From assembly GCA_046754465.1 (NCBI GenBank), contig JBHHVU010000004.1, positions 43,959-107,958 on the forward strand: a stretch of DNA of 64,000 bases. Direction: 5' to 3'. The notes under the pieces were generated by a model. It did not search any database, was not told the DNA's origin, and worked only from the letters and a program-made list of their open reading frames with translations. A program made the translations under genes and the position numbers. Of this stretch, positions 50,169-58,946 are shown in pieces. Every line of letters begins with the position of its first letter. Within the stretch, counting starts at the first letter, position 1. This DNA is from Nitrospinaceae bacterium. Its GTDB lineage: Bacteria > Nitrospinota > Nitrospinia > Nitrospinales > VA-1.

Positions 50169-51299
50169 ATGTTTTCTTTAACATTAAGGTGCCTGCTTTC
50201 ATGTGCCATTGGGGTGCTTTTGCTGTTTCCTTGCGAATCCTCCCGAGCCCAGGTTCCGCCAAAAAAAATAGGGGTCCCTCCCAGGCTGGCCACGGATTAT
50301 ATTCATTCCGTCATCCAGGCTGGCCGGACATTTTATTCCAGGCAAATCGTCGAACGGTTGGGGAAGGCCATTTCCCTGCCCGCCACGGAAAACTGGGAAG
50401 CGGAGGATGCGCTTCCTTTACCAGCCCAGTTTCTTATCCTGTCTTCCCAGGTTTCCAACGCCAGGGGGATTGGGATGAAATATCGCCTGATCAGTTTGTC
50501 GCCGCTTAATGAAAAAAATTTCCCTCAATCGGAACTGGAGAAAATCGGGTTGCGGGAGGTCAGGACCAACCCGGACAAACCCTTTACCTGGCTCATTCGC
50601 AGGGAGGGGAAATGGAATTTCCAGGCGATTTATCCCGACCGGGCGGTGGCGCAATCTTGCGTTTCCTGCCACAATTCCCATCCCCGGTCCTCCAGGAACG
50701 ATTTTGAGGTGGGCGATGTGATGGGGGGAATCGTGATCAACCTGCCCTTGAGGGGATATGGAAAACCCGGTGAAGAGGAGACTGTTTTAGTTCCGCCCGA
50801 GATCGTGGCGGATTATGTCCATTCGGTCATTGAATCCGACCGAACGGTTTATTCCAGGCACATTGTGGACCGGCTGCAAAATAAAAAAATTGTCGATGCG
50901 GCGGAAAACTGGAGGAAGAAGAACGCGCTGCCGTTGCCGGCGCAATTTTTACTGAACGTCAGCCTGCTGGTGAAGAAAAATAAACTGGGCATCGATTTTC
51001 GGTTGATCAGTCTTTGGCCGATCAATATTCATAACGGCGCCGCCAACGAGTTTGAAAGGGTGGGATTGGAGTCGGTGATCATCCACCCGCTGCGGCCCTA
51101 TATTGGTAAGATGAAGGTGGGCAATACCCGGTATTTCCAGGCGGTTTATCCTGATTTTGCGATAACCCCGGCCTGCGTCAAATGCCATAATTCCCATTCC
51201 GCCAGCCCGAAAAAGGATTTCAAGCTGAACGACATCATGGGAGGAATTGTGGTGTCGTTTCCCATTCGGAAAACCGGGGCTGATCTATTCGCGGAATAG
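50169..51299 (+). CDS. Periplasmic tandem DUF3365 (Tll0287-like) di-heme c protein
   Basis: GGAGG RBS, signal peptide, two homologous halves each with LPLPAQFL, RLISL.P.N, CxxCH (CVSCH, CVKCH) and MGGIV. Confidence 0.88.
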   Translation: MFSLTLRCLLSCAIGVLLLFPCESSRAQVPPKKIGVPPRLATDYIHSVIQAGRTFYSRQIVERLGKAISLPATENWEAEDALPLPAQFLILSSQVSNARGIGMKYRLISLSPLNEKNFPQSELEKIGLREVRTNPDKPFTWLIRREGKWNFQAIYPDRAVAQSCVSCHNSHPRSSRNDFEVGDVMGGIVINLPLRGYGKPGEEETVLVPPEIVADYVHSVIESDRTVYSRHIVDRLQNKKIVDAAENWRKKNALPLPAQFLLNVSLLVKKNKLGIDFRLISLWPINIHNGAANEFERVGLESVIIHPLRPYIGKMKVGNTRYFQAVYPDFAITPACVKCHNSHSASPKKDFKLNDIMGGIVVSFPIRKTGADLFAE

Positions 51300-51363
51300 C
51301 ACCCGAAAAGGCAAATGTGGAAAGGGGGACGCCAGGTGACCCGGCCGGAACGCGCCGGGTTCC

Positions 51364-53043
51364 TCAACGGGGCGGCGGGAGAATCGGCTTCCGAAGGTTG
51401 AGGCCGTGAGAGGTTTGCAGCTCCACCTCGGAGAGCAGAATGCTGGGGGTGATGCTGGACACGGGGAGGGCTCCCGATTCGGCGATACAGAATCCATTGG
51501 TCACCTGTGTATCGTCCCCAGTGGCGATGATGTGACTGATCATGGAAAGGGGGGTACCCACGAACTCCACGCCGCGGGCCAGCTCTTCCCGTCCGTCGGG
51601 ATAAACTTTGTATAAAAAGAGAGGTTTTCCTTTGAACACCTGGAAATCCCTCTTGTCCGTCTGGGTTTCCCCGCTGATCATCTCTTTAATGATCAGTCCG
51701 TAAGGTTTATTTCTTTTCTTGACTTCCTCTATCAATTTTTGATTCAAGGCGGGCAGGGACAGCCTTTTTTCCGAAGTCACAATCAGGTTGCCCATCCGCG
51801 CGATAGGGAATTTGATGCCGTCGCTGCGGCCGTGTCCATTGGATTTTTTGAATTTCAGAATCGGCGAGCGTGAAAGCAGGAAATTTTTTAGCACCCCCTG
51901 TTCGATGAGACGGACTTCCTCGCTTGGCTGGCCCTGGTCGTCGATCAGGTAATACCCCAACAGGTCCTGACCATTGAGGTTTTTTAACCGGGGGTTGTCC
52001 ATCACCGTGATAAACGGCGGCAGGATGCGTTTCCCCAGTTTCTGGATGAAGGTCTTGCCATCGTTGACATGCCGCAACCGGTCGCCTTCGAGGCGGTGCC
52101 CCACCGCTTCGTGAAACAAAATCGCCGCCGCTTCCGGACTGAAAATGGCGGGGCCCACGTAAGGTTCCATTTTCGGCGCTTTTTTCAAGGCGATGATTTC
52201 CTGGATCAGCCCATCCGCTTTTTGGATCATTTCATCCCGCGACGGGAAACGCTCCGGATTGGAAAAATAGAAGGATTCTTCATCGTGTATTTGAACTCCC
52301 GAATCGGATTTGGTCCAAGCTTCAATGAGGATTTTATAAACTTGGTAGATATCCTGGACCTCGTTCTTTTCCGAATCCATGTAGTAGCGGACTGCGCGGT
52401 CCAGAATGATCCGAACGTTGGACTTTTCAATTTCCGGAGAGTTGTTAAACCGGCCGGACACGGTACGGACCAGGTTCTGCCATTTGGAAATATCGGCCGA
52501 CATCGGTGGAATTTTCTCGATTCGCTTCACCGGAGGATTGCCCTTGGAAAGATTGGGGAGTCCGTACTGTTCCACGCCACTGAATTTTCGCCCCTTTTTC
52601 CTGAGAAGATTCATGACCGCCTGTTTGTAACGCAGGTCCGTTTCGTACCAGATGGCGCGTTTGAGGGATTTCAGGTCGTTATCCAGGGGGATGAACTGTT
52701 TGACGTTGTGTCGATGACTGCCCGGAGTGGAACTGTCAAACCCGGGATTGCCCACCCTCACATCCACGAAGAGAGTCCGTTTTTCCGTTCCGAGGGAATT
52801 CAGGAGGGCGCCAAAACTACCTGAAACTTCAATGTGGTGGTGATGCCGGATTTGGTAGTTGATGAAATAAGGGGCCGGAAAATTATCGGTTTTCAGGGAT
52901 TTGAGGGAGCGGTCCATCTCCTCCTGGAACGCTTGAAAAATGACCGCCGAGGGATTTTCCGCGGCTGCCGCCCCCAAAGGAAAACTCAACCCCAGAAATA
53001 TCCCTATCCATCTTATATAACGTTTCATCGGTTCTATCATCAT
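51364..53043 (-). CDS. TldD/PmbA-family metalloprotease with signal peptide
   Basis: LFHEAVGHRLEGDR (HExxGH), DDQG, SNGHGR, RMGNL, GFC..ESG. Confidence 0.88.
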   Translation of the reverse strand: MMIEPMKRYIRWIGIFLGLSFPLGAAAAENPSAVIFQAFQEEMDRSLKSLKTDNFPAPYFINYQIRHHHHIEVSGSFGALLNSLGTEKRTLFVDVRVGNPGFDSSTPGSHRHNVKQFIPLDNDLKSLKRAIWYETDLRYKQAVMNLLRKKGRKFSGVEQYGLPNLSKGNPPVKRIEKIPPMSADISKWQNLVRTVSGRFNNSPEIEKSNVRIILDRAVRYYMDSEKNEVQDIYQVYKILIEAWTKSDSGVQIHDEESFYFSNPERFPSRDEMIQKADGLIQEIIALKKAPKMEPYVGPAIFSPEAAAILFHEAVGHRLEGDRLRHVNDGKTFIQKLGKRILPPFITVMDNPRLKNLNGQDLLGYYLIDDQGQPSEEVRLIEQGVLKNFLLSRSPILKFKKSNGHGRSDGIKFPIARMGNLIVTSEKRLSLPALNQKLIEEVKKRNKPYGLIIKEMISGETQTDKRDFQVFKGKPLFLYKVYPDGREELARGVEFVGTPLSMISHIIATGDDTQVTNGFCIAESGALPVSSITPSILLSEVELQTSHGLNLRKPILPPPR

Positions 53044-53345
53044 GGTCTTTATATCATTGCATTATCCATCGGCATTTCCGGAGAAATGTACAACAAATTT
53101 TTTGCAAATGGAAGAAATTCCGGGACCTCCCGATAAAAATGTATTCGGCAAAAAAAGGGGATCCACTAAAAATCGGCAAAAGATTCGAAATTTCCCGGAT
53201 TAATGAGGTGACCGGAAGGTGAACAAAATAGTGCACGTGAATGTTCACATATGTTGACTATTTTTGCAAACCCTTGAATGTGCGGAATTTAGTCATTTCC
53301 AGCTAACTTTTTGAAAAATATAGAATTATTTTGATAGAAATTTCT

Positions 53346-53361
53346 TGGCCCGAAATTTGCT
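53346..53361 (+). promoter_or_regulatory. Sigma54 (-24/-12) promoter of HU/IHF-like gene
   Basis: TGGCCC-GAAAT-TTGCT (one mismatch to consensus), 55 bp before the ATG, after a long AT-rich region. Confidence 0.65.
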
Positions 53362-53416
53362 TCCCCTAGTTGTCACAGCCCAAAATCATTATCAATAACC
53401 AGGGGGGAGGCATCCA

Positions 53417-53800
53417 ATGACCCGATCGGACCTGACAACCAAACTGTCCTTGAGAATGAATGTTTCCAAAAAGGAAGCGGACAAGTATTTGACCGCCTTT
53501 TTGGATACGATTATGGATAATCTGCAAAAAGAAGGCCGCGTGGTGATGCAGGGGTTTGGTTCTTTCAGAATCAATGAGCATAAAGCCCGGGTGGCCAAAA
53601 AACCTATCACCGGAGAGCCCATTTACCTGCCGGTCCGGAGAAAACCCGTGTTTCATGCGGGCAAGGAATTGCGGGAACTCATCAACCGGGATTCCGTAAC
53701 TGCCGAGGAGAACCGAACCGAGTCGCAGCGGATGAAAGAACAGAGGCACTCCTATAATTCCGTACACGGGATTCCGCAATCGGCGCCGGTATCCAAATAA
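53417..53800 (+). CDS. HU/IHF-family DNA-binding protein with C-terminal extension
   Basis: MTRSDL, GFGSF, P.TGEPI, PVFHAGKELRELIN, then about 37 extra residues. Confidence 0.92.
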   Translation: MTRSDLTTKLSLRMNVSKKEADKYLTAFLDTIMDNLQKEGRVVMQGFGSFRINEHKARVAKKPITGEPIYLPVRRKPVFHAGKELRELINRDSVTAEENRTESQRMKEQRHSYNSVHGIPQSAPVSK

Positions 53801-53917
53801 TCTCTCCCCTCAGTATCCGCCCTCTTTCTGTGATATACTTCTTCCCGAAAGAGGGCTTTTTATTTGGGAAAATCATCCCATCCTTTTGACGCTTGGTTTC
53901 ATGCCGGGGAGGGTCTT

Positions 53918-54193
53918 ATGTCCAAAACGGGTAACGCGTGCAACAGATGCGGGGATAAAAGTATCGTCAAGGGCGATATCGGATTACGCACCAGTAAAGA
54001 CCTGGAGCTGATTATGGTAGTCCGCAAGGATCACGGTGTGGAAAAAAAAGTTCTTCTACAACCGAGGGTCTGCGGCAAATGCGGTTATGTGGAATTTTTT
54101 GTTCAGGATCCGGCGAACCTGAAAATCAGCGCCCACGATAAACCCATCAATCCCGATTTCAAACAGCGTCCCATTTTGGAGTACGATTTTTAA
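53918..54193 (+). CDS. Small Zn-ribbon protein
   Basis: CNRCG...CGKCGYVEFF; GGAGG RBS before ATG 53918. Confidence 0.8.
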   Translation: MSKTGNACNRCGDKSIVKGDIGLRTSKDLELIMVVRKDHGVEKKVLLQPRVCGKCGYVEFFVQDPANLKISAHDKPINPDFKQRPILEYDF

Positions 54194-54392
54194 TTTCCCC
54201 ATCCCTGCCACCAGTCACCCGCTTCATGGGTCCTAAACTGGATTTTGTGTTTAAATTCTTGTGTTCCAGCATTATTTGAGTGAGAATATTTCCACGGGGC
54301 GATTCAAGTTCCGAAATCCGATTTGTTCATACCGGTCACTTTCCTTCAGCGGGTAGAGTACGATTCGGCCAGCTCGGTCCGGCTTCCTTTGC

Positions 54393-55070
54393 ATGGATAA
54401 ACGCACAAAAGACCAACTCCACTTTCTGCTTTTAAAAATTCATTCCCTGACGGGCATCGTTCCCATCGGTATTTTTTTGGTATTTCACCTGACGGTCAAT
54501 TCCCTGCGCACCGTCGGCGCCTGGCAATACCAGTTGAGCATCGATCTCATTAACAATCTGCCTTTTCTGCTTGGCATAGAAATTACCTTCATTTACATCC
54601 CTCTTTTGATTCATTCTTTCATGGGTTTTTACGTGGTCTTGTCGGGGAGACCCAATGTTTTCCGTTACCGGTATTCCAGAAACTGGTTGTATTTGCTTCA
54701 GAGGATCACCGGGGCGGTGGTGTTCGCTTTTTTGATTTATCATATGGGGACCACCGTGGTTCCCAAATTAATGCAGGGGAAAAGCCAGTTTGAGGCCGCG
54801 CCGTTTTTAATCGGCATCCTGAACGCGGAGTTTCAGACCTGGCAGGGAATGGTGATTTATCTGGTCGGCATCCTCTCGGCCACGTTTCATTTTGCCAACG
54901 GGTTGTGGGGGTTTTGCATTTCGTGGGGGATCGTGATCGGCAGGAGAGCCCAGCGCAATGCCGGCATTCTGTTCGCCCTGGTGGGGCTGGTCCTGACCGT
55001 ATTGGGCCTGGCCACGGTCCTTGAATTTTCCGTCCATCCCGTTCCCGTGGAAGCCACCCCGGTGAGGTGA
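54393..55070 (+). CDS. sdhC: Succinate dehydrogenase/fumarate reductase cytochrome b subunit (Bacillus b558 type)
   Basis: HSLTGIVPIG.FL..HL..N, PLLIH, QRITG, H, FHFANGLW..SWG (heme-ligand His residues). Confidence 0.93.
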   Translation: MDKRTKDQLHFLLLKIHSLTGIVPIGIFLVFHLTVNSLRTVGAWQYQLSIDLINNLPFLLGIEITFIYIPLLIHSFMGFYVVLSGRPNVFRYRYSRNWLYLLQRITGAVVFAFLIYHMGTTVVPKLMQGKSQFEAAPFLIGILNAEFQTWQGMVIYLVGILSATFHFANGLWGFCISWGIVIGRRAQRNAGILFALVGLVLTVLGLATVLEFSVHPVPVEATPVR

Positions 55071-55075
55071 ATCGA

Positions 55076-57016
55076 ATGTTGAAACGCAGGAAAAGAATTA
55101 TCATCGTCGGAGGGGGGCTCGCCGGCCTGTCGGCGGCCATGAAACTGTGTGAACTCGGTTCCGAAGTGGTGGTGGTGGCTTACCAATCGCTGAAACGATC
55201 GCATTCGGTTTGCGCTCAGGGGGGAATCAATGCGGCCATCGACGCCAAGGATGAGGGGGATACCCCGGAAAAACATTTCTACGACACGATCCGCGGCGGG
55301 GATTTCCTGGCTCAGCAGCCCCTGGTGCGGGACATGTGTTATCAGGCCCCGGCCATCATTCACCTGTTGGACCGCATGGGCGTCGCCTTCAACCGGACCC
55401 ACGAGGGGCATCTCGAATTTCGCCGGTTCGGCGGCACGATGTATTCGCGGACAGCTTTTGCAGGCGCCACCACCGGTCAGCAGTTGGTCTATTCCCTGGA
55501 CGAACAAGTGCGGCGGTATGAGCATGATGGGTTGGCGCAAACCCTGGAATGGCATGAATATCTCGGAGCGGTGCTCGATTCGCGGGGAATTTGCCGGGGG
55601 GCCATCATCCACGACCTGCGCGCCAACGAAATATTTTCCCTGGCCGGCGACGCCGTGGTCCTCGCAACCGGGGGGCCCAGCCAGGTCTATGGGCGTTCCA
55701 CCAATTCCACGGTCAATACCGGAGCCGCCGCCACCATGGCTTTCATGCAGGGGGCGAAATACGCGAATGGAGAATTCATCCAGATTCACCCCACCGCCAT
55801 TCCCGGACAGGACAAGCTTCGGCTCATGAGTGAATCGGCGCGGGCCGAGGGGGGGCGCATCTGGGTGCCCCTCAAGGCCGGTGATGTCCGCGATCCTTTA
55901 TCCATTCCCGAAAACGAGCGCTATTACTTCCTGGAGGAAAAATACCCCCATTACGGAAACCTCGTGCCGAGGGACGTCGCTTCCCGGGAAATTTACGACC
56001 TGGTTTACAATCAGAAACTGGGAATCGGCGGCAAAGCCATGGTTTACCTCGACCTCACCCACAAACCCAGGGATTTTCTGGACAACCGGCTGGGGGGGAT
56101 CATCGACATCTACAAAAAGTTTACCGGGGACGACCCCCGGGAAATTCCCATGAAAATCTTTCCCGCCGTCCATTACTCCATGGGAGGGTTGTGGACCGAC
56201 TTTGAAACCAATAATCAGGGAATGCTCGACCGTGCTTCCCCCAGGAACCAGATGACTTCCATCAGTGGACTCTATGCCGCTGGGGAAGTGGATTATCAGT
56301 TCCATGGTGCCAACCGTCTGGGCGCCAATTCCCTTTTGAGCTGTATCTATACCGGGCTCGCCCTGGCGCCGGGGGTGATCAATTACACCGAAAATCTTGA
56401 CAAGGCCGTGGAGGACATCCGTTCAAGTCTGTTTGAGAATGCCCGGAACTATTGGAAAGAACGGTTTCAATCCATTGGAAAAATGAATGGCAAGGAAAAC
56501 CCCTACAAGCTGCATCATGAACTCGGTGATGTGATGATGTCCCAGGTGTTGATCGTGCGAGATAACAAAAGCCTCGAGAAAGCCCTCTATTCCATTGAGG
56601 AGATTGAATCCAGGTTTCAGGATATCCAGTGCGTGGATACCAATGATTGGGCCAACCCCACTCCAAGTTTTATCAATCAACTTTATTGTATGATCCATTT
56701 GTCCAAGGTGATTACGAAAAGTGCCCTGATGCGGGATGAATGCCGAGGCGCCCATTACAAACCCGAGTTTGACTTGAATCAGCCGGAGGATTTCGATCCC
56801 TATGAGTACATTGACTACCTAGAACGCAAAAATTACGGCGAGGTCGAGGAGGATGCCTTTCCTTCGGATCATCTGGATTATATGAAACGGTTCGAGGATA
56901 ACAATCAGAACTGGTTGAAAACCACCATCGCCCAATTCAAGAACAATCAGCCGGAAATCACTTACGAGGAAGTGGACACCTCGTTGTTGACCCCCCGGCC
57001 CCGAAAATATGATTGA
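55076..57016 (+). CDS. sdhA: Succinate dehydrogenase/fumarate reductase flavoprotein
   Basis: VGGGLAGL, RSHSVCAQGGINA, QIHPT, HYSMGG, HGANRLGANSLL, ECRGAHY; alternative GTG start at 55067. Confidence 0.96.
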   Translation: MLKRRKRIIIVGGGLAGLSAAMKLCELGSEVVVVAYQSLKRSHSVCAQGGINAAIDAKDEGDTPEKHFYDTIRGGDFLAQQPLVRDMCYQAPAIIHLLDRMGVAFNRTHEGHLEFRRFGGTMYSRTAFAGATTGQQLVYSLDEQVRRYEHDGLAQTLEWHEYLGAVLDSRGICRGAIIHDLRANEIFSLAGDAVVLATGGPSQVYGRSTNSTVNTGAAATMAFMQGAKYANGEFIQIHPTAIPGQDKLRLMSESARAEGGRIWVPLKAGDVRDPLSIPENERYYFLEEKYPHYGNLVPRDVASREIYDLVYNQKLGIGGKAMVYLDLTHKPRDFLDNRLGGIIDIYKKFTGDDPREIPMKIFPAVHYSMGGLWTDFETNNQGMLDRASPRNQMTSISGLYAAGEVDYQFHGANRLGANSLLSCIYTGLALAPGVINYTENLDKAVEDIRSSLFENARNYWKERFQSIGKMNGKENPYKLHHELGDVMMSQVLIVRDNKSLEKALYSIEEIESRFQDIQCVDTNDWANPTPSFINQLYCMIHLSKVITKSALMRDECRGAHYKPEFDLNQPEDFDPYEYIDYLERKNYGEVEEDAFPSDHLDYMKRFEDNNQNWLKTTIAQFKNNQPEITYEEVDTSLLTPRPRKYD

Positions 57017-57776
57017 TACCAAAACCATGGAACCGAAAAATATACTGTTAAAAATCAAACGGCAGGATCAGGTTAAGTCCAAACCCTATTGGCAGGAATT
57101 CGAGGTGCCTTACAAATCCATGTCCAATGTGATTTCCTGTCTCCAGGAAATTCAGAGATTCCCCGTGACCACCCGCGGCCAGAAGGTCAATCCGGTCACC
57201 TGGGACTGCAACTGTCTGGAGGAAGTCTGCGGTTCATGCACCATGTTGATCAACGGGCGGGTGCGCCAGGCCTGTACGGCGCTGGTGGATCAGATCAAGC
57301 ATCCGATCGTTCTGGAGCCCATGTCCAAGTTTCCCGTGGTCCGGGACCTGCAGGTGGATCGCAGCCGTATGTTCCGGAACCTGAAAAAGATCACGGCCTG
57401 GATCGAAATCGACGGCACCCACGATATCGGCGAAGGTCCCATCATGTCCGAATCCGTCCGCGCCAAAAGGTACGCCTTGTCGGAATGTATGTCCTGTGGA
57501 AGCTGTCTGGAGGCCTGTCCTCAATTTTCCAAGGAAAATGCGTTCATGGGGGCGGCGGCCTTCAGCCAGGTCCGGTTGTTCAATATGCATCCTACCGGGG
57601 CGATGAATCAGGAGAAACGATTGGAAGCGGTGATGGGGGAAGGGGGAATCGCCGATTGCGGCAACGCTCAGGTGTGTGTGGAAGTGTGCCCGAAAAATAT
57701 TCCATTGACCGAATCGATCGCCGATGTCGGACGGCAAACGTCCCTGCAATTATTGAAAAACCTTATGTTGAAATAA
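57009..57776 (+). CDS. sdhB: Succinate dehydrogenase/fumarate reductase Fe-S subunit
   Basis: CLEEVCGSC, CMSCGSCLEACP, CGNAQVCVEVCPK. Confidence 0.96.
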   Translation: MIDTKTMEPKNILLKIKRQDQVKSKPYWQEFEVPYKSMSNVISCLQEIQRFPVTTRGQKVNPVTWDCNCLEEVCGSCTMLINGRVRQACTALVDQIKHPIVLEPMSKFPVVRDLQVDRSRMFRNLKKITAWIEIDGTHDIGEGPIMSESVRAKRYALSECMSCGSCLEACPQFSKENAFMGAAAFSQVRLFNMHPTGAMNQEKRLEAVMGEGGIADCGNAQVCVEVCPKNIPLTESIADVGRQTSLQLLKNLMLK

Positions 57777-57892
57777 AAGATTTCTGGCCGCACCGGGTTT
57801 TTTATTCAAAACCCCAAGGGCTTTTGTTATGATAACTAGGTTTTACTCCCGGAAAATAAATCATCGGATTGTTATTTAATAAGAGAAACTGC

Positions 57893-58780
57893 ATGAAAGT
57901 ATCGCTCGCAAGTGCTTTAGGGACCTGTTTTGGTGTTCAGGATGCCATTAATCTGGCCATGGCGCCCGAATTTCGGTCCGAATTGACTATTATCGGACAA
58001 TTGGTCCATAACCCCCAGATCAACGAATCCCTGAAGAAAAATGGGGTTTCCCTGGTCCAGGGGGTGGAGGATATGAAGGAAATCAAGACCCGAAAAGTGA
58101 TGATCACCGCTCACGGGGCCGCGGAAAAAACCAAGATAAAGCTCAAGAACGCCGGTTTCATCGTTTACGATGCCAGTTGCCCGCTGGTGATGCGGGTGCA
58201 TAAAACCATAAAATCCCTGGTGGACAAGAATTATTATCCCGTGGTCATCGGTCAGAAGGACCACGTGGAAGTTAAGGGAATCGTCGGCGATTTGGAGGAC
58301 TACCTCGTCATCAACAACGAAGTGGATCTCCAGAAAATCCGCGATCGCGGAAAAAACCGGTTGGGGATCGTGAGCCAGACCACCCAGCAGGTGGACAAAG
58401 TGGAAGCCCTGGTTAAAAAAGTCCGGCAAATGGATTGCGTCGAGGAAGTGGCGTTCGTCAATACCATTTGTCAACCCACCCGGGACCGGCAAATCGCGGT
58501 GAGGGAATTGGCGGACCAGGTGGACCTGATGATCGTTATCGGGGGATACAATTCCTCCAATACCAAAAAGCTGGTCCAGGTTTGTGAGGAAAAACGGATC
58601 GAGGCCCATCATATCGAGTCCTCATCCCAGTTGCAAAGGGCGTGGTTCAGCAACAAACAGCACGTCGGCATCACCGCGGGTACCAGCACACCGGAAAATG
58701 TGATCAACGAAGTCCATGAAGAAATTCTGAAAATTGAGGAGGAATTCAAGAAACAGAAACAGGCCCCGGTGGCCTCGTAA
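57893..58780 (+). CDS. ispH: 4-hydroxy-3-methylbut-2-enyl diphosphate reductase
   Basis: CFGV, LVHN, AHG, DASCPLV, HVEV, SQTT, TIC..T..RQ, SSNT, GITAGTSTP. Confidence 0.95.
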   Translation: MKVSLASALGTCFGVQDAINLAMAPEFRSELTIIGQLVHNPQINESLKKNGVSLVQGVEDMKEIKTRKVMITAHGAAEKTKIKLKNAGFIVYDASCPLVMRVHKTIKSLVDKNYYPVVIGQKDHVEVKGIVGDLEDYLVINNEVDLQKIRDRGKNRLGIVSQTTQQVDKVEALVKKVRQMDCVEEVAFVNTICQPTRDRQIAVRELADQVDLMIVIGGYNSSNTKKLVQVCEEKRIEAHHIESSSQLQRAWFSNKQHVGITAGTSTPENVINEVHEEILKIEEEFKKQKQAPVAS

Positions 58781-58946
58781 CGATTGCGGCCGAGGCGGGG
58801 GATTTTCTCGAACCCCTTTAACGGGGTTTGCCTTAAACCGGAGGGTTTATGGTAGGATTCGGGTGCCGGGTACCCTTGTTTTCATGCTGTATTAGAGGAG
58901 AAGCGGCCCGGTTTTCGCGTTTACGAGAAACGCGGGCGGAAGATTC

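Noticed and set aside
53180..53191. 12-nt identity (AAGATTCGAAAT) with the 5' end of the candidate sRNA
   Set aside because: A single AT-rich 12-mer match within 64 kb can arise by chance, and the match does not extend.
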